The position numbers were made by a program, and so were the translations under genes. The notes under the pieces were generated by a model. It searched no databases. It saw only the letters and a program-made list of their open reading frames with translations, and was not told the origin of the DNA. A stretch of 64,000 nucleotides of DNA from an uncultured Endomicrobiia bacterium (GTDB lineage Bacteria; Elusimicrobiota; Endomicrobiia; DTEH01): NCBI GenBank assembly GCA_938074745.1, contig CALJEJ010000006.1, forward strand, positions 18,043 to 82,042. Reading direction: 5' to 3'. Below are positions 48,764 through 58,071 of the stretch, one piece after another. Numbering within the stretch: the stretch's first letter is position 1; each line of letters begins with the position of its first letter.

Positions 48764-49866
48764 ATTATAAAGAAATTAATATAAAACATTATTACGGAGA
48801 TATATTGTTTTTTATTACTCTTACATTATCAATTTTAGGTGCGTTGATGATATTTTCTATTACGGCAACAAAAACTGTTAACCCTTATAGATTTTTTGAA
48901 CGACAAATAGTTTTTTTAATTATAGGTTTAATTTTATGTGGGTTTATAGCAAATGTTATGACAGTTACTGTTTTAAAAAAGATTACAATTCCATTGTTAA
49001 TTATCAGTATAATTTCACTTGTAGCAGTACTTTTTTCACATAAAATAGGTGGTGCTAGACGCTGGTTGTATATTTTAAATTTTGCTCCTATACAACCTGC
49101 TGAATTTGCCAAGTTAGTTGTTGTACTGTTTGTATCAAAATATATAGACAAATATAGAAGCAAAATAATTGTGGGTAAAAAAGAAGTATGGGTTTTATGG
49201 AGTGTAATATTTATTATTTGTGGCCTTATAATTATTCAGCCTGACATAGGTATTCCTGTTGTGATATTTTTTACTTCGTTAGTATTATTTATATATACAG
49301 GTGTTAGAACAAAAATAATTTTAAAAATAATAAGTATTGTAGGAATAATAATTCTTTTAGGCATAGCATCTTTTCCTCACAGAGTTGCTCGGATTAAAAC
49401 TTTTTTAAACCCGTGGAAATACCGTTCCAACAGTGGCTATCAGATAACACAGTCACAACTAGCTTTATCTTATGGACATTTTATAGGTCGTGGGATAGGG
49501 AAAAGTCAATTTAAAGAATTTTTTTTACCAGATGCACATACTGATTTTATTTTTTCTATAATTGGTGAAGAACTTGGTTTTATAGGAACAGTTGCAGTTG
49601 TGTGTTGTTATATCTATATATTCATTTTAGGTACAAAGATCGCACAACGTGTTGTATTTAAAGACGGGTTATATGGTGGGTTGATAGTTTATGGTTTAAC
49701 TTTAAATATTGTTTTTCAAGCATTTTTAAACATATCTGTAACTACAGGATTATTGCCTACAAAAGGGATAGGATTGCCATTTATTTCTTATGGTGGTTCT
49801 GGACTAATTACAAACTTTATAAGCGTAGGTATAATACTAAATTTCTGGCGACGAAGTTATAGTTAA
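48760..49866 (+). CDS. ftsW: SEDS family peptidoglycan glycosyltransferase FtsW
   Basis: 10-TM SEDS protein (PTKGIGLPFISYGGSGL) in the dcw position between murD and murG. Confidence 0.8.
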   Translation: MNYKEINIKHYYGDILFFITLTLSILGALMIFSITATKTVNPYRFFERQIVFLIIGLILCGFIANVMTVTVLKKITIPLLIISIISLVAVLFSHKIGGARRWLYILNFAPIQPAEFAKLVVVLFVSKYIDKYRSKIIVGKKEVWVLWSVIFIICGLIIIQPDIGIPVVIFFTSLVLFIYTGVRTKIILKIISIVGIIILLGIASFPHRVARIKTFLNPWKYRSNSGYQITQSQLALSYGHFIGRGIGKSQFKEFFLPDAHTDFIFSIIGEELGFIGTVAVVCCYIYIFILGTKIAQRVVFKDGLYGGLIVYGLTLNIVFQAFLNISVTTGLLPTKGIGLPFISYGGSGLITNFISVGIILNFWRRSYS

Positions 49867-49870
49867 AAAT

Positions 49871-50974
49871 ATGGTAAAAATTATGGTTATAACTTCACCT
49901 ACTGGTGGACATTTCTATCCTGCGATATCTGTTAGTAAAGAATTATTGAAACTTGGCCATGAAATAATTTTTGTTACTCAAAAAGGAACAAAATTTTTGA
50001 AACTTATAAGTGATGAACTTCAAACGGTTCCATATAAAGACCGAATTAAGATAGAGACAATTTCAGCACCAAAATTTTTACGAAATGCTATAACACAACT
50101 TTGTTTCTTCTTAGTATTATTAATTCTATCGTTTATTCAATGCATTAGACTTCTTGTTATTTATAATCCAAGAATAATTTTTTCTACTGGCGGGTATACT
50201 TCATTTCCTATGGTTATTTCAGCAAAAATATTGTTTCCTTGGAAAAAAATTGTCCTACATGAACAGAATTATGTTTTTGGTCTCACGAATAAAATATTAA
50301 AATTGTTTGCGACAAAAGTTTGTCTTTCTTTTCCTTCAAAATATAAAAACACAAAAAAGTATATATATACTAAAACACCATTAAGGGAAAATTTTAATAA
50401 AGAAATAGATAAATCTCAATGTTTTAAAAAATTTGGTTTTGATAGTACGAAATTTACTATGTTAATTTTTGGTGGTAGTCAAGGTGCAAGAAGTATAAAT
50501 AATGCCATAGTAAAGATATTAAAATCTCATGAAGAAAAATTTACACAAGTACAGATATTACACATAACTGGGACGAAAGATTTTGATAAAATAACAGAAG
50601 AATATAAGAGTATAAAAATAAAAAAAGTTGTATTACCATATTTATATGAAATGGAATTAGCATACACAATAGCGGATTTAGTTATTTCCCGTGCCGGTGC
50701 AATGACTGTTGCAGAACTAATTTTTTTTAACAAACCAGCGATTTTGATTCCTTTACCTACTGCTGCAGAATTTCATCAGAACTGGAACGCTGAATATTTA
50801 AGTCGACATGGATGTGCAAAAGTGATATATGAAACATACGAATGGGAAGAAAGGTTATATTCTGAATTAATTAAGTTTATTTTTGATAAAGAGCTACTTC
50901 AACAATATAGTTTGAATTACCAAAAATTACCCTCTCCACGTTATACTATTTCTGAAATTATACTTAAATCTTAA
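49871..50974 (+). CDS. murG: UDP-N-acetylglucosamine--N-acetylmuramyl-(pentapeptide) pyrophosphoryl-undecaprenol GlcNAc transferase
   Basis: N-terminal G-loop ITSPTGGHFYPAISV and the C-terminal ISRAGAMTVAEL donor-binding region. Confidence 0.85.
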   Translation: MVKIMVITSPTGGHFYPAISVSKELLKLGHEIIFVTQKGTKFLKLISDELQTVPYKDRIKIETISAPKFLRNAITQLCFFLVLLILSFIQCIRLLVIYNPRIIFSTGGYTSFPMVISAKILFPWKKIVLHEQNYVFGLTNKILKLFATKVCLSFPSKYKNTKKYIYTKTPLRENFNKEIDKSQCFKKFGFDSTKFTMLIFGGSQGARSINNAIVKILKSHEEKFTQVQILHITGTKDFDKITEEYKSIKIKKVVLPYLYEMELAYTIADLVISRAGAMTVAELIFFNKPAILIPLPTAAEFHQNWNAEYLSRHGCAKVIYETYEWEERLYSELIKFIFDKELLQQYSLNYQKLPSPRYTISEIILKS

Positions 50975-51081
50975 CACACCTTTTTCTATTTATCATTTCT
51001 AATTAGAAGGATCTCTTATAGGAACCATTTTATATAGAATATTGACAAACAAATAAAAATGTTATACAAAAAACATAAATT

Positions 51082-51723
51082 ATGAAAGACAATAATGTAA
51101 AAAATTTTTATAGCAAACAATTATCTGTTGTTGCAGAAAAACTTAAAAATAACAGGTTTGAAACTATTGTGTTTGAAGATATAGAGTCTGCAAAAGAATA
51201 TATTGTTTCTTTAGTAGGCAGTGGGAAGACTATTGGTATTGGAGGGAGTCAGACAGTTCGTTCTTTAAATATATTAGAAAAACTTCAACAACAAAATAAC
51301 AAAATCATCACTCATACACACGATATGTCTAAAGAACAAAGAATCCAGACATGGTTAAGTGCACAACAAGCAGATTTTTATTTTGCTTCTCCTCAAGCTA
51401 TTACTTTAAAAGGTGAATTGGTATTTATAGACGCTTATGGCAACCGTGGTGCTGCAGTAATATTTGGTCCTAAAAAAATAGTTCTTATTGCTGGATATAA
51501 TAAGATTGTAAAAGACTTAGATACAGCATTTTGGAGGATACGCAATGTTGCAGCAGTAACTAATAATATTCGTTTAGGTAGGGCGAACCCGTGTGTAGTA
51601 TCAGGTAAATGTGAAGATTGTAATTCTAAAACACGAATTTGCAACGTAGTAACAATTTTGTATAAAAAACCAGACTATAGTGATTATATTGTTGTATTGA
51701 TAAACGAAGAACTTGGATATTGA
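51082..51723 (+). CDS. LUD-domain protein (LutC/YkgG-like, DUF162)
   Basis: 213 aa. The pattern EDIESAKEYIVSLVGSGKTIGIGGSQTV...ASPQAITLKGELVFID matches the LUD fold family. Confidence 0.45.
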   Translation: MKDNNVKNFYSKQLSVVAEKLKNNRFETIVFEDIESAKEYIVSLVGSGKTIGIGGSQTVRSLNILEKLQQQNNKIITHTHDMSKEQRIQTWLSAQQADFYFASPQAITLKGELVFIDAYGNRGAAVIFGPKKIVLIAGYNKIVKDLDTAFWRIRNVAAVTNNIRLGRANPCVVSGKCEDCNSKTRICNVVTILYKKPDYSDYIVVLINEELGY

Positions 51724-51729
51724 CGTTAA

Positions 51730-52272
51730 ATGAAAACCAAAACAATTCTTACACATAAAGAAATAAAAAAAATTATTGCTACTTTAGCAAAGAAAATTGT
51801 AAAAAAGTTTACCAATATAAATAATATAGCACTTGTAGGGATTCATACTAACGGAGTTTATATTGCTCAACGGATTGCTAAAGAGATTAAAAAAATTGTA
51901 AAGAAAGATATTCCTTTGGGTACGTTAGATATCACATTTTATCGTGATGATATAGGCTATAGAAATAAAATTAGGTATGCCAAAGATACTAACATAAATT
52001 TTGATATTAACAACAAAAATATAGTTTTGGTAGATGATGTGCTTTATACTGGTAGAACAATTAGAGCAGCAATGGAACAACTTTTAGACCTTGGCAGACC
52101 ACAAACTATTAGTGTAGCAGTATTAGTAGATCGTGGATTAAGAGAATTACCAATTTATGCAGAGTTTGTAGGAAAAAAAGTTCGTACTACTCATGAACAA
52201 CAAATAGAACTGTTACTAAAAGAAGTCGGTGCTAAAGATATAGTGGTTATTTATGACAAAAAAAACGAATAG
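51730..52272 (+). CDS. pyrR: Bifunctional pyrimidine operon regulator / uracil phosphoribosyltransferase PyrR
   Basis: PRPP-binding motif [17 protein letters not shown]. 180 aa. Confidence 0.85.
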   Translation: MKTKTILTHKEIKKIIATLAKKIVKKFTNINNIALVGIHTNGVYIAQRIAKEIKKIVKKDIPLGTLDITFYRDDIGYRNKIRYAKDTNINFDINNKNIVLVDDVLYTGRTIRAAMEQLLDLGRPQTISVAVLVDRGLRELPIYAEFVGKKVRTTHEQQIELLLKEVGAKDIVVIYDKKNE

Positions 52273-53233
52273 TGAAGAATTTTCTCTACCACAGAAAATT
52301 TCGTTAAAACAAAAACATTTATTAGGTTTAGAATATCTTTCTAAAGAAGAGATACTGCTTATCCTTGATACAGCAAAACCCTTTAAGACAATTTTTACCC
52401 GTTCAATTAAGAAAGTTCCAACATTACGTGGTCGTAGTGTAGTACTACTTTTTTACGAACCTTCAACACGGACACGGACTTCGTTTGAACTTGCGGCGAA
52501 ACGTCTTTCTGCTGACACTGTAAACATTGCAGTTCAACTTTCAAGTGTACAAAAGGGTGAGTCGTTGATAGATACTGCGAAAACTTTAGAATCTATGAAA
52601 TCAGATTTTATAGTAATTCGTCATTCGTATTCTGGTGCACCTCATATTTTAGCACAGAACGTTTCTTCTTCTATAATAAATGCAGGTGATGGATTTCATG
52701 AACACCCTACCCAAGGTTTGCTTGATATTTTTACAATTCGTGAGAAAAAAGGTAAGGTTGAAGGGTTGAAAGTTGTGATAGTAGGTGATATTTTACATAG
52801 TCGTGTTGCTAGGTCAAACTTATGGGGGTTGACAAAACTTTCTGCGCGAGTAGTTCTTTGTGGTCCACCAACACTTATACCTAAAGATATTGACAAAATT
52901 TTCCCTCAAGTGGAAATTGAGCATGATCTTGACAAAGCATTACGTAATGCTGATGTAGTAAATATTTTGAGAGTACAGTTTGAACGTCAATTAGAACATT
53001 TTTTCCCTTCGGTACGAGAATATAGTTTATTATATGGGATGACAAAACAGAGATTAAAAAATGCAAAATCTGATGTTTTAGTTTTACATCCGGGACCAAT
53101 GAACCGTGGAATAGAAATTACAACTGATGTTGCAGATAGTCTAAATTCTGTCATAAATGAACAAGTTACGAACGGTATTGCAGTGAGGATGGCAGTATTA
53201 TATTTGTTATCTTTAGTGAATACAAATCAATGA
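52253..53233 (+). CDS. pyrB: Aspartate carbamoyltransferase catalytic subunit
   Basis: STRTR ([12 protein letters not shown]), HPTQ ([10 protein letters not shown]) and HPGP motifs. Confidence 0.9.
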   Translation: MTKKTNSEEFSLPQKISLKQKHLLGLEYLSKEEILLILDTAKPFKTIFTRSIKKVPTLRGRSVVLLFYEPSTRTRTSFELAAKRLSADTVNIAVQLSSVQKGESLIDTAKTLESMKSDFIVIRHSYSGAPHILAQNVSSSIINAGDGFHEHPTQGLLDIFTIREKKGKVEGLKVVIVGDILHSRVARSNLWGLTKLSARVVLCGPPTLIPKDIDKIFPQVEIEHDLDKALRNADVVNILRVQFERQLEHFFPSVREYSLLYGMTKQRLKNAKSDVLVLHPGPMNRGIEITTDVADSLNSVINEQVTNGIAVRMAVLYLLSLVNTNQ

Positions 53234-54516
53234 AATTGTTAATCAAAAACGGTATTGTAATAGAGCCACAAAAAAATATAGAGAAAAAACTTGATGTATT
53301 GATAGAAAATGGTAAAATAGTAAAACTTGCTGAGGATATTAAGTTACACAATGTGGAGGTTATAAATGCTAAAGGTTGTATAGTTTCTGCTGGGTTAATA
53401 GATATTCATACTCATCTTCGTGAACCTGGCAATGAAGAGGAAGAAACAATTGCTTCAGGAACAAAATCAGCAGCTGCTGGTGGGTTTACTACAGTATTTT
53501 GTATGCCGAACACTAACCCGCCTATAGATGACCAAGCAGCAGTAGAGTTTACAATGTTGAAAGCTAAAAACGAGGGTGTGATAAATGTTTTCCCTGTAGG
53601 TGCAGCAACGAAAGGTCGTCGTGGAGAAGAATTGACCGAGATAGGTGAACTTAAAAAAGCTGGTGTTGTTGCAATTTCTGATGATGGAGAACCTATTTCA
53701 AACTCACAGATAATGCGTCGTGTACTGGAATATTCAAGAATGTTTGATTTGCCGGTGATTTCACATTGTGAAGATAAAACACTTTCACGAGGTGGGGTAG
53801 TAAACGAAGGTAAAGTTTCTACTTTATTAGGTTTTCGTGGTATACCTAAAGAAGCTGAGGAAATTGTAGTGATTCGTGATATAATTTTGTGCTCTTTAGC
53901 AAAAGGAAGGTTACACATAACTCATGTCTCTACAAAAGATTCTATAAATTTTATTCGTCAAGCAAAGAAAAACGGGCTAAAAGTGACCTGTGATGTTACA
54001 CCACATCATTTTGTATTGACTGAAGATTATTTATTAAAATATTCCTACGATACTAATTTAAAAATAAATCCGCCGTTGAGAACTCAAGAAGATGTTGATA
54101 CTATTATTGAAGGAATTAAAGACAATACAGTAGATTGTATAGCTTCTGACCATGCTCCACACACTGTAGAAGAGAAAAGTAAAGAATTTGATTTAGCACC
54201 GTTTGGTATTATAGGTTTAGAAACAGTACTACCTTTGTGTATTACATATCTATATTATCAACATAGAATTCCTTTAAGTAAAATATTAGAGAAATTGACA
54301 ATAAACCCAGCAAAAATTTTTGGTTTGTCTAAAAAAGGTAGATTAGAACCAGGGTGTGATGCTGATGTTGTGATATTCAACCCGCAAGAAGAATTTGTAG
54401 TTAAAAATTTTGTTTCTAAAAGTAGGAATTCGCCGTTTATTGGCTGGAAATTAAAAGGTAAGGTAAAATATACTATTTGTTCTGGGAAAGTTGTCTATTC
54501 TGAAAAAAATGTTTAA
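53230..54516 (+). CDS. pyrC: Dihydroorotase
   Basis: Amidohydrolase metal-binding motifs ([10 protein letters not shown]; DHAPH). Confidence 0.85.
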   Translation: MKLLIKNGIVIEPQKNIEKKLDVLIENGKIVKLAEDIKLHNVEVINAKGCIVSAGLIDIHTHLREPGNEEEETIASGTKSAAAGGFTTVFCMPNTNPPIDDQAAVEFTMLKAKNEGVINVFPVGAATKGRRGEELTEIGELKKAGVVAISDDGEPISNSQIMRRVLEYSRMFDLPVISHCEDKTLSRGGVVNEGKVSTLLGFRGIPKEAEEIVVIRDIILCSLAKGRLHITHVSTKDSINFIRQAKKNGLKVTCDVTPHHFVLTEDYLLKYSYDTNLKINPPLRTQEDVDTIIEGIKDNTVDCIASDHAPHTVEEKSKEFDLAPFGIIGLETVLPLCITYLYYQHRIPLSKILEKLTINPAKIFGLSKKGRLEPGCDADVVIFNPQEEFVVKNFVSKSRNSPFIGWKLKGKVKYTICSGKVVYSEKNV

Positions 54517-54555
54517 AGAATATGGTTTTAAAGTAAGCTTCAACTACAACGTGAT

Positions 54556-55362
54556 ATGCAAAAGTTTGTTTTACACAAAGGTAAAATTCTTAAAAATACG
54601 AGAGTTTCCCAAGATACATATTTTTTAAGTTTCCTATCAAACATCAAATTCTTGCCTACAGAATTTGTTCTTATAGACACTTTTCCGACAAAATTTTTGT
54701 TAAAACCGTTTAGTATAGCAGTTAATGATAATAATTCTGTTGGGATAATATATCGAGTTGTAGGTGAAGGAACAAAATTTATCTCGCAAAAAATTGTGGG
54801 TGAAGAGATATACTATTTAGGACCATTAGGTAACACTTATAAATTTAATGAAATTGTAAATTCGCTAAGAAGAAATGATTTGATTTTACTTGTTGCAGGA
54901 GGCAGTGGAGTTGCATCTTTAGTGTATTTATATAAATACTTTACCAGATTAGGCAAAAAAGTAAAAATGTTTTATGGTGAAACTACTAAAACAAAAATTA
55001 TAAATTTAGCAACATTTGGAATAAAAAATGTGGTCTATACTACAGATGATGGAAGTTTTGGTATTCGTGGTAGTGTTTTAGAAGCAGTTTGTGAATATTT
55101 TGATAATTTTTCTTCTATTTCGTCAATAACAACATTTGTCTGTGGTCCTAAATCAATGTTAAGTAGGTTAAAAGAGATAATAGAGACTAAGCTAAAAAAT
55201 GTTTTTAATATCAACTGTTATGCTTTGTTAGAAGAATATATGTGTTGTGGTGTAGGGGTATGTCGTAGTTGTGTTGTTAAAGTCAAAAAAGAAAATACCT
55301 GGGAATATAAAACTGTATGCAAAGATGGTCCGTTGTTTAGTCTATCCGAAGTTATTTTTTAA
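54556..55362 (+). CDS. pyrK: Dihydroorotate dehydrogenase electron transfer subunit (FAD/2Fe-2S)
   Basis: C-terminal cluster CCGVGVCRSC. FNR-like fold. Follows pyrC. Confidence 0.75.
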   Translation: MQKFVLHKGKILKNTRVSQDTYFLSFLSNIKFLPTEFVLIDTFPTKFLLKPFSIAVNDNNSVGIIYRVVGEGTKFISQKIVGEEIYYLGPLGNTYKFNEIVNSLRRNDLILLVAGGSGVASLVYLYKYFTRLGKKVKMFYGETTKTKIINLATFGIKNVVYTTDDGSFGIRGSVLEAVCEYFDNFSSISSITTFVCGPKSMLSRLKEIIETKLKNVFNINCYALLEEYMCCGVGVCRSCVVKVKKENTWEYKTVCKDGPLFSLSEVIF

Positions 55363-55368
55363 TCTGCT

Positions 55369-57972
55369 ATGAATTCGCAAGAGTTAAGAAAAATATTTTT
55401 GGAATATTTTAAATCGTTAGGTCATACTATAGTACCTTCAGATTCGTTAATACCAACATCAGATCCGACATTGTTATTCACTTCTGCAGGTATGGTACAG
55501 TTTAAGGAATATTTTTTAGGTATAAAGAAAGGTTTAAGTAGAGCTGCTTCAGTACAAAAATGTTTTCGTACTTCGGATATAGATAAAGTAGGGTATACAG
55601 CACGACATTTAACATTTTTTGAAATGTTGGGCAATTTTTCTTTTGGTGACTATTTTAAAAAAGAAGCGATAGAATGGGCATGGGAATTTCTTATTCGAAA
55701 AATTGGGTTAGACGAAAAAATGTTGTTTATTACTGTTTACAAAGAAGATGACGAAGCGTATGATATATGGTCAAAAATTGTAGATAATAAAAAAATTTAC
55801 AAACTTTCAGAAGATACGAACTTTTGGCGAATGGGTGATACAGGACCTTGTGGACCTTGTTCCGAGATAATATATGACTTAGGTGAAGAATACGGTTGTG
55901 GAAAGCCTGATTGTTCTGTAGGTTGTGATTGTGACCGTTATCTTGAGATATGGAACTTAGTTTTTACACAATTTGATGCTCAACCAAATAAAGTATTAAA
56001 ACCGTTGTTACAGAAAAATATAGACACTGGTATGGGTTTAGAACGACTTAACGCAGTTGTTAATGGTAAAAAAACTGTTTTTGATACAGATACTTTTGTC
56101 TTAATAAAAGAAGAGTTGTTAAAGAATATAGATATTGCTAAAGAATATAAAACTCTGCAGATAAACAATTATGTTAATGCGATACTTGATCATTCTCGAG
56201 CATTGACATTTATAGCTGCTGAAGGTATTCTTCCGTCTAATGAAGGTAGAGGTTATGTGTTAAGAAAGATAATTCGTCGTGGGTTACGTTATGCAAAACT
56301 TTTAGGTTTCCGTGAACCAATATTGTATAAAATGGTTCCTGTAGTAGTAAAAGCGATGAAAGACCAATACCCTGAGTTAGAATTGCACCGAGAAAAAATT
56401 GCTGTAATTACTAAAACTGAAGAAGAAAAGTTTTTAGAAACTTTAGATTCTGGGATGAAAATTTTGCAAGAAATTATTAATCAAGGAAAGAAAAAAATTT
56501 CAGGCGAGGTAGTGTTTCATCTCTATGATACTTACGGTTTTCCAGAAGAACTTGTAAAAGAAATATTACAGGAATATAATATTGAATATGACAGAACTGA
56601 ATTTTTAACAGCACAAGAAAATGCACGGAAAATTTCTAAATCTTCCTGGCGTGGAATTGACACTATTAACACTTCTGTATACACATCTTTTCCCGAGACA
56701 AAATTTGTAGGATATGAAGTAACATCTACTAAAAGTAAAATTCTTGGTATAATTCAACAATCAAAAATTATTCCTAAAGGTATTAAAGGACAGCAGCTGG
56801 AGATTATTGTAGATGTAACACCTTTTTATGGTGAGTCAGGTGGACAAGTTGGTGATACTGGTGTTATTAAAAACGAAAATTATAAAATTATTGGTGAAGT
56901 TGTTGATACTAAAAAAATAGAACAACGAATTGTTCATATTGTGAATCTTAAAGATGATATAGCTACTCAGAAAGAAATTTTTTTAGAGATAAATATTGAA
57001 CGAAGAAAAAATATTATGCGCCATCATACTTCTACCCATCTGTTACATAAAGCATTACGAGAAGTTTTAGGTGAACATGCAGTTCAGTCTGGTTCTTTAG
57101 TTGCAGACGAGTATTTTAGGTTTGATTTTATCCATTATAGACCAGTTAGTGAGGAAGAACTAAGAAAAATAGAATTGATAGTTAATCAAAAAATATTAGA
57201 AAACCTTCCTGTAAAAATAGAATATACTGATTTTTTAACTGCAAAACAGTTAGGTGCGACAGCATTGTTTGAAGAAAAATATGGCCAAACTGTAAGGATG
57301 GTAATTATAGGTGATATAAAAGATAAACCGTATAGTATAGAACTTTGTGGGGGAACACATTGTAGATCTACAGGTGAGATTGGATGTTTTAAAATTATTT
57401 CAGAATCTTCTATTGGTGCAAACCTTCGCAGAATAGAAGCAGTTTCAGGATTAAAAGTTTATGAGTATTTAAATATGTTAGAAAAACAAAGAAACAATAT
57501 AGCAGCAATTTTGAACACATCGGTTAAAGAAATAGAAGATAAAATAACCAAATTAATAAAACATAACAAAGATTTACAACAACAAATAAATAATTTACAA
57601 CTTTCTTTAGGTACACAAAATGTTCATGAATTTATTGAAGAATTTAAAAATTGTAAGTTTGTTATAAAAAAACTAGAAGATGTAAATGTAGGTTTATTAA
57701 GGTCATTAAGTGATAAACTTTTTGAAAAATATCAATCTATCTGTTCAGTTATAATTATTTTTTCTTATGCTCAACAAAAACTGTTTTTTATAATTCGTAC
57801 TACAAGAAAAGCTGTTGATAAAGGTTTTACTGCACAAGTAATTGCTAAAATATTAAATAACTACCTTAAAACAAACTCAGGTGGAAGAGAAGATTTTGTT
57901 GAAGGTGGAGGTAAAGTTCAACAAAAACCTGAACCTCAAGAGATATTTTCTTTGATTAAACAAAATTTGTAA
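55369..57972 (+). CDS. alaS: Alanine--tRNA ligase
   Basis: 867 aa. Class II motifs plus the editing-domain HxxxH...CxxxH (HTSTHLLHKAL ... CGGTHC). Confidence 0.95.
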   Translation: MNSQELRKIFLEYFKSLGHTIVPSDSLIPTSDPTLLFTSAGMVQFKEYFLGIKKGLSRAASVQKCFRTSDIDKVGYTARHLTFFEMLGNFSFGDYFKKEAIEWAWEFLIRKIGLDEKMLFITVYKEDDEAYDIWSKIVDNKKIYKLSEDTNFWRMGDTGPCGPCSEIIYDLGEEYGCGKPDCSVGCDCDRYLEIWNLVFTQFDAQPNKVLKPLLQKNIDTGMGLERLNAVVNGKKTVFDTDTFVLIKEELLKNIDIAKEYKTLQINNYVNAILDHSRALTFIAAEGILPSNEGRGYVLRKIIRRGLRYAKLLGFREPILYKMVPVVVKAMKDQYPELELHREKIAVITKTEEEKFLETLDSGMKILQEIINQGKKKISGEVVFHLYDTYGFPEELVKEILQEYNIEYDRTEFLTAQENARKISKSSWRGIDTINTSVYTSFPETKFVGYEVTSTKSKILGIIQQSKIIPKGIKGQQLEIIVDVTPFYGESGGQVGDTGVIKNENYKIIGEVVDTKKIEQRIVHIVNLKDDIATQKEIFLEINIERRKNIMRHHTSTHLLHKALREVLGEHAVQSGSLVADEYFRFDFIHYRPVSEEELRKIELIVNQKILENLPVKIEYTDFLTAKQLGATALFEEKYGQTVRMVIIGDIKDKPYSIELCGGTHCRSTGEIGCFKIISESSIGANLRRIEAVSGLKVYEYLNMLEKQRNNIAAILNTSVKEIEDKITKLIKHNKDLQQQINNLQLSLGTQNVHEFIEEFKNCKFVIKKLEDVNVGLLRSLSDKLFEKYQSICSVIIIFSYAQQKLFFIIRTTRKAVDKGFTAQVIAKILNNYLKTNSGGREDFVEGGGKVQQKPEPQEIFSLIKQNL

Positions 57973-57980
57973 TTTAATTT

Positions 57981-58053
57981 GTCCCCATAGCTCAATTGGA
58001 TAGAGCACAAGCCTCCGGAGCTTGGGATCGGGGTTCAAATCTCCGTGGGGACA
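57981..58053 (+). tRNA. tRNA-Arg (anticodon CCG), 73 nt, 3' CCA not encoded
   Basis: Manually folded. Acceptor GTCCCCA/TGGGGAC; D-arm GCTC-AATTGGATA-GAGC; anticodon stem CAAGC/GCTTG with loop CTCCGGA (U33, CCG at 34-36); 4-nt variable loop; T-arm CGGGG-TTCAAAT-CTCCG; discriminator A. The next bases are TTG, not CCA. Confidence 0.85.
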
Positions 58054-58071
58054 TTGTTTTAGGTAAAAAAT

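Noticed and set aside
50975-51081. PyrR-binding attenuator hairpin upstream of the LUD-pyrR operon
   Set aside because: I scanned by eye for the conserved UCCAGAGAGGCU-type loop and found none. Only a sigma-70-like TTGACA/TATACA pair is visible.
53412-53918. 168-aa ORF antisense to pyrC
   Set aside because: Embedded in the confident pyrC frame on the opposite strand with no independent signals. Judged spurious.
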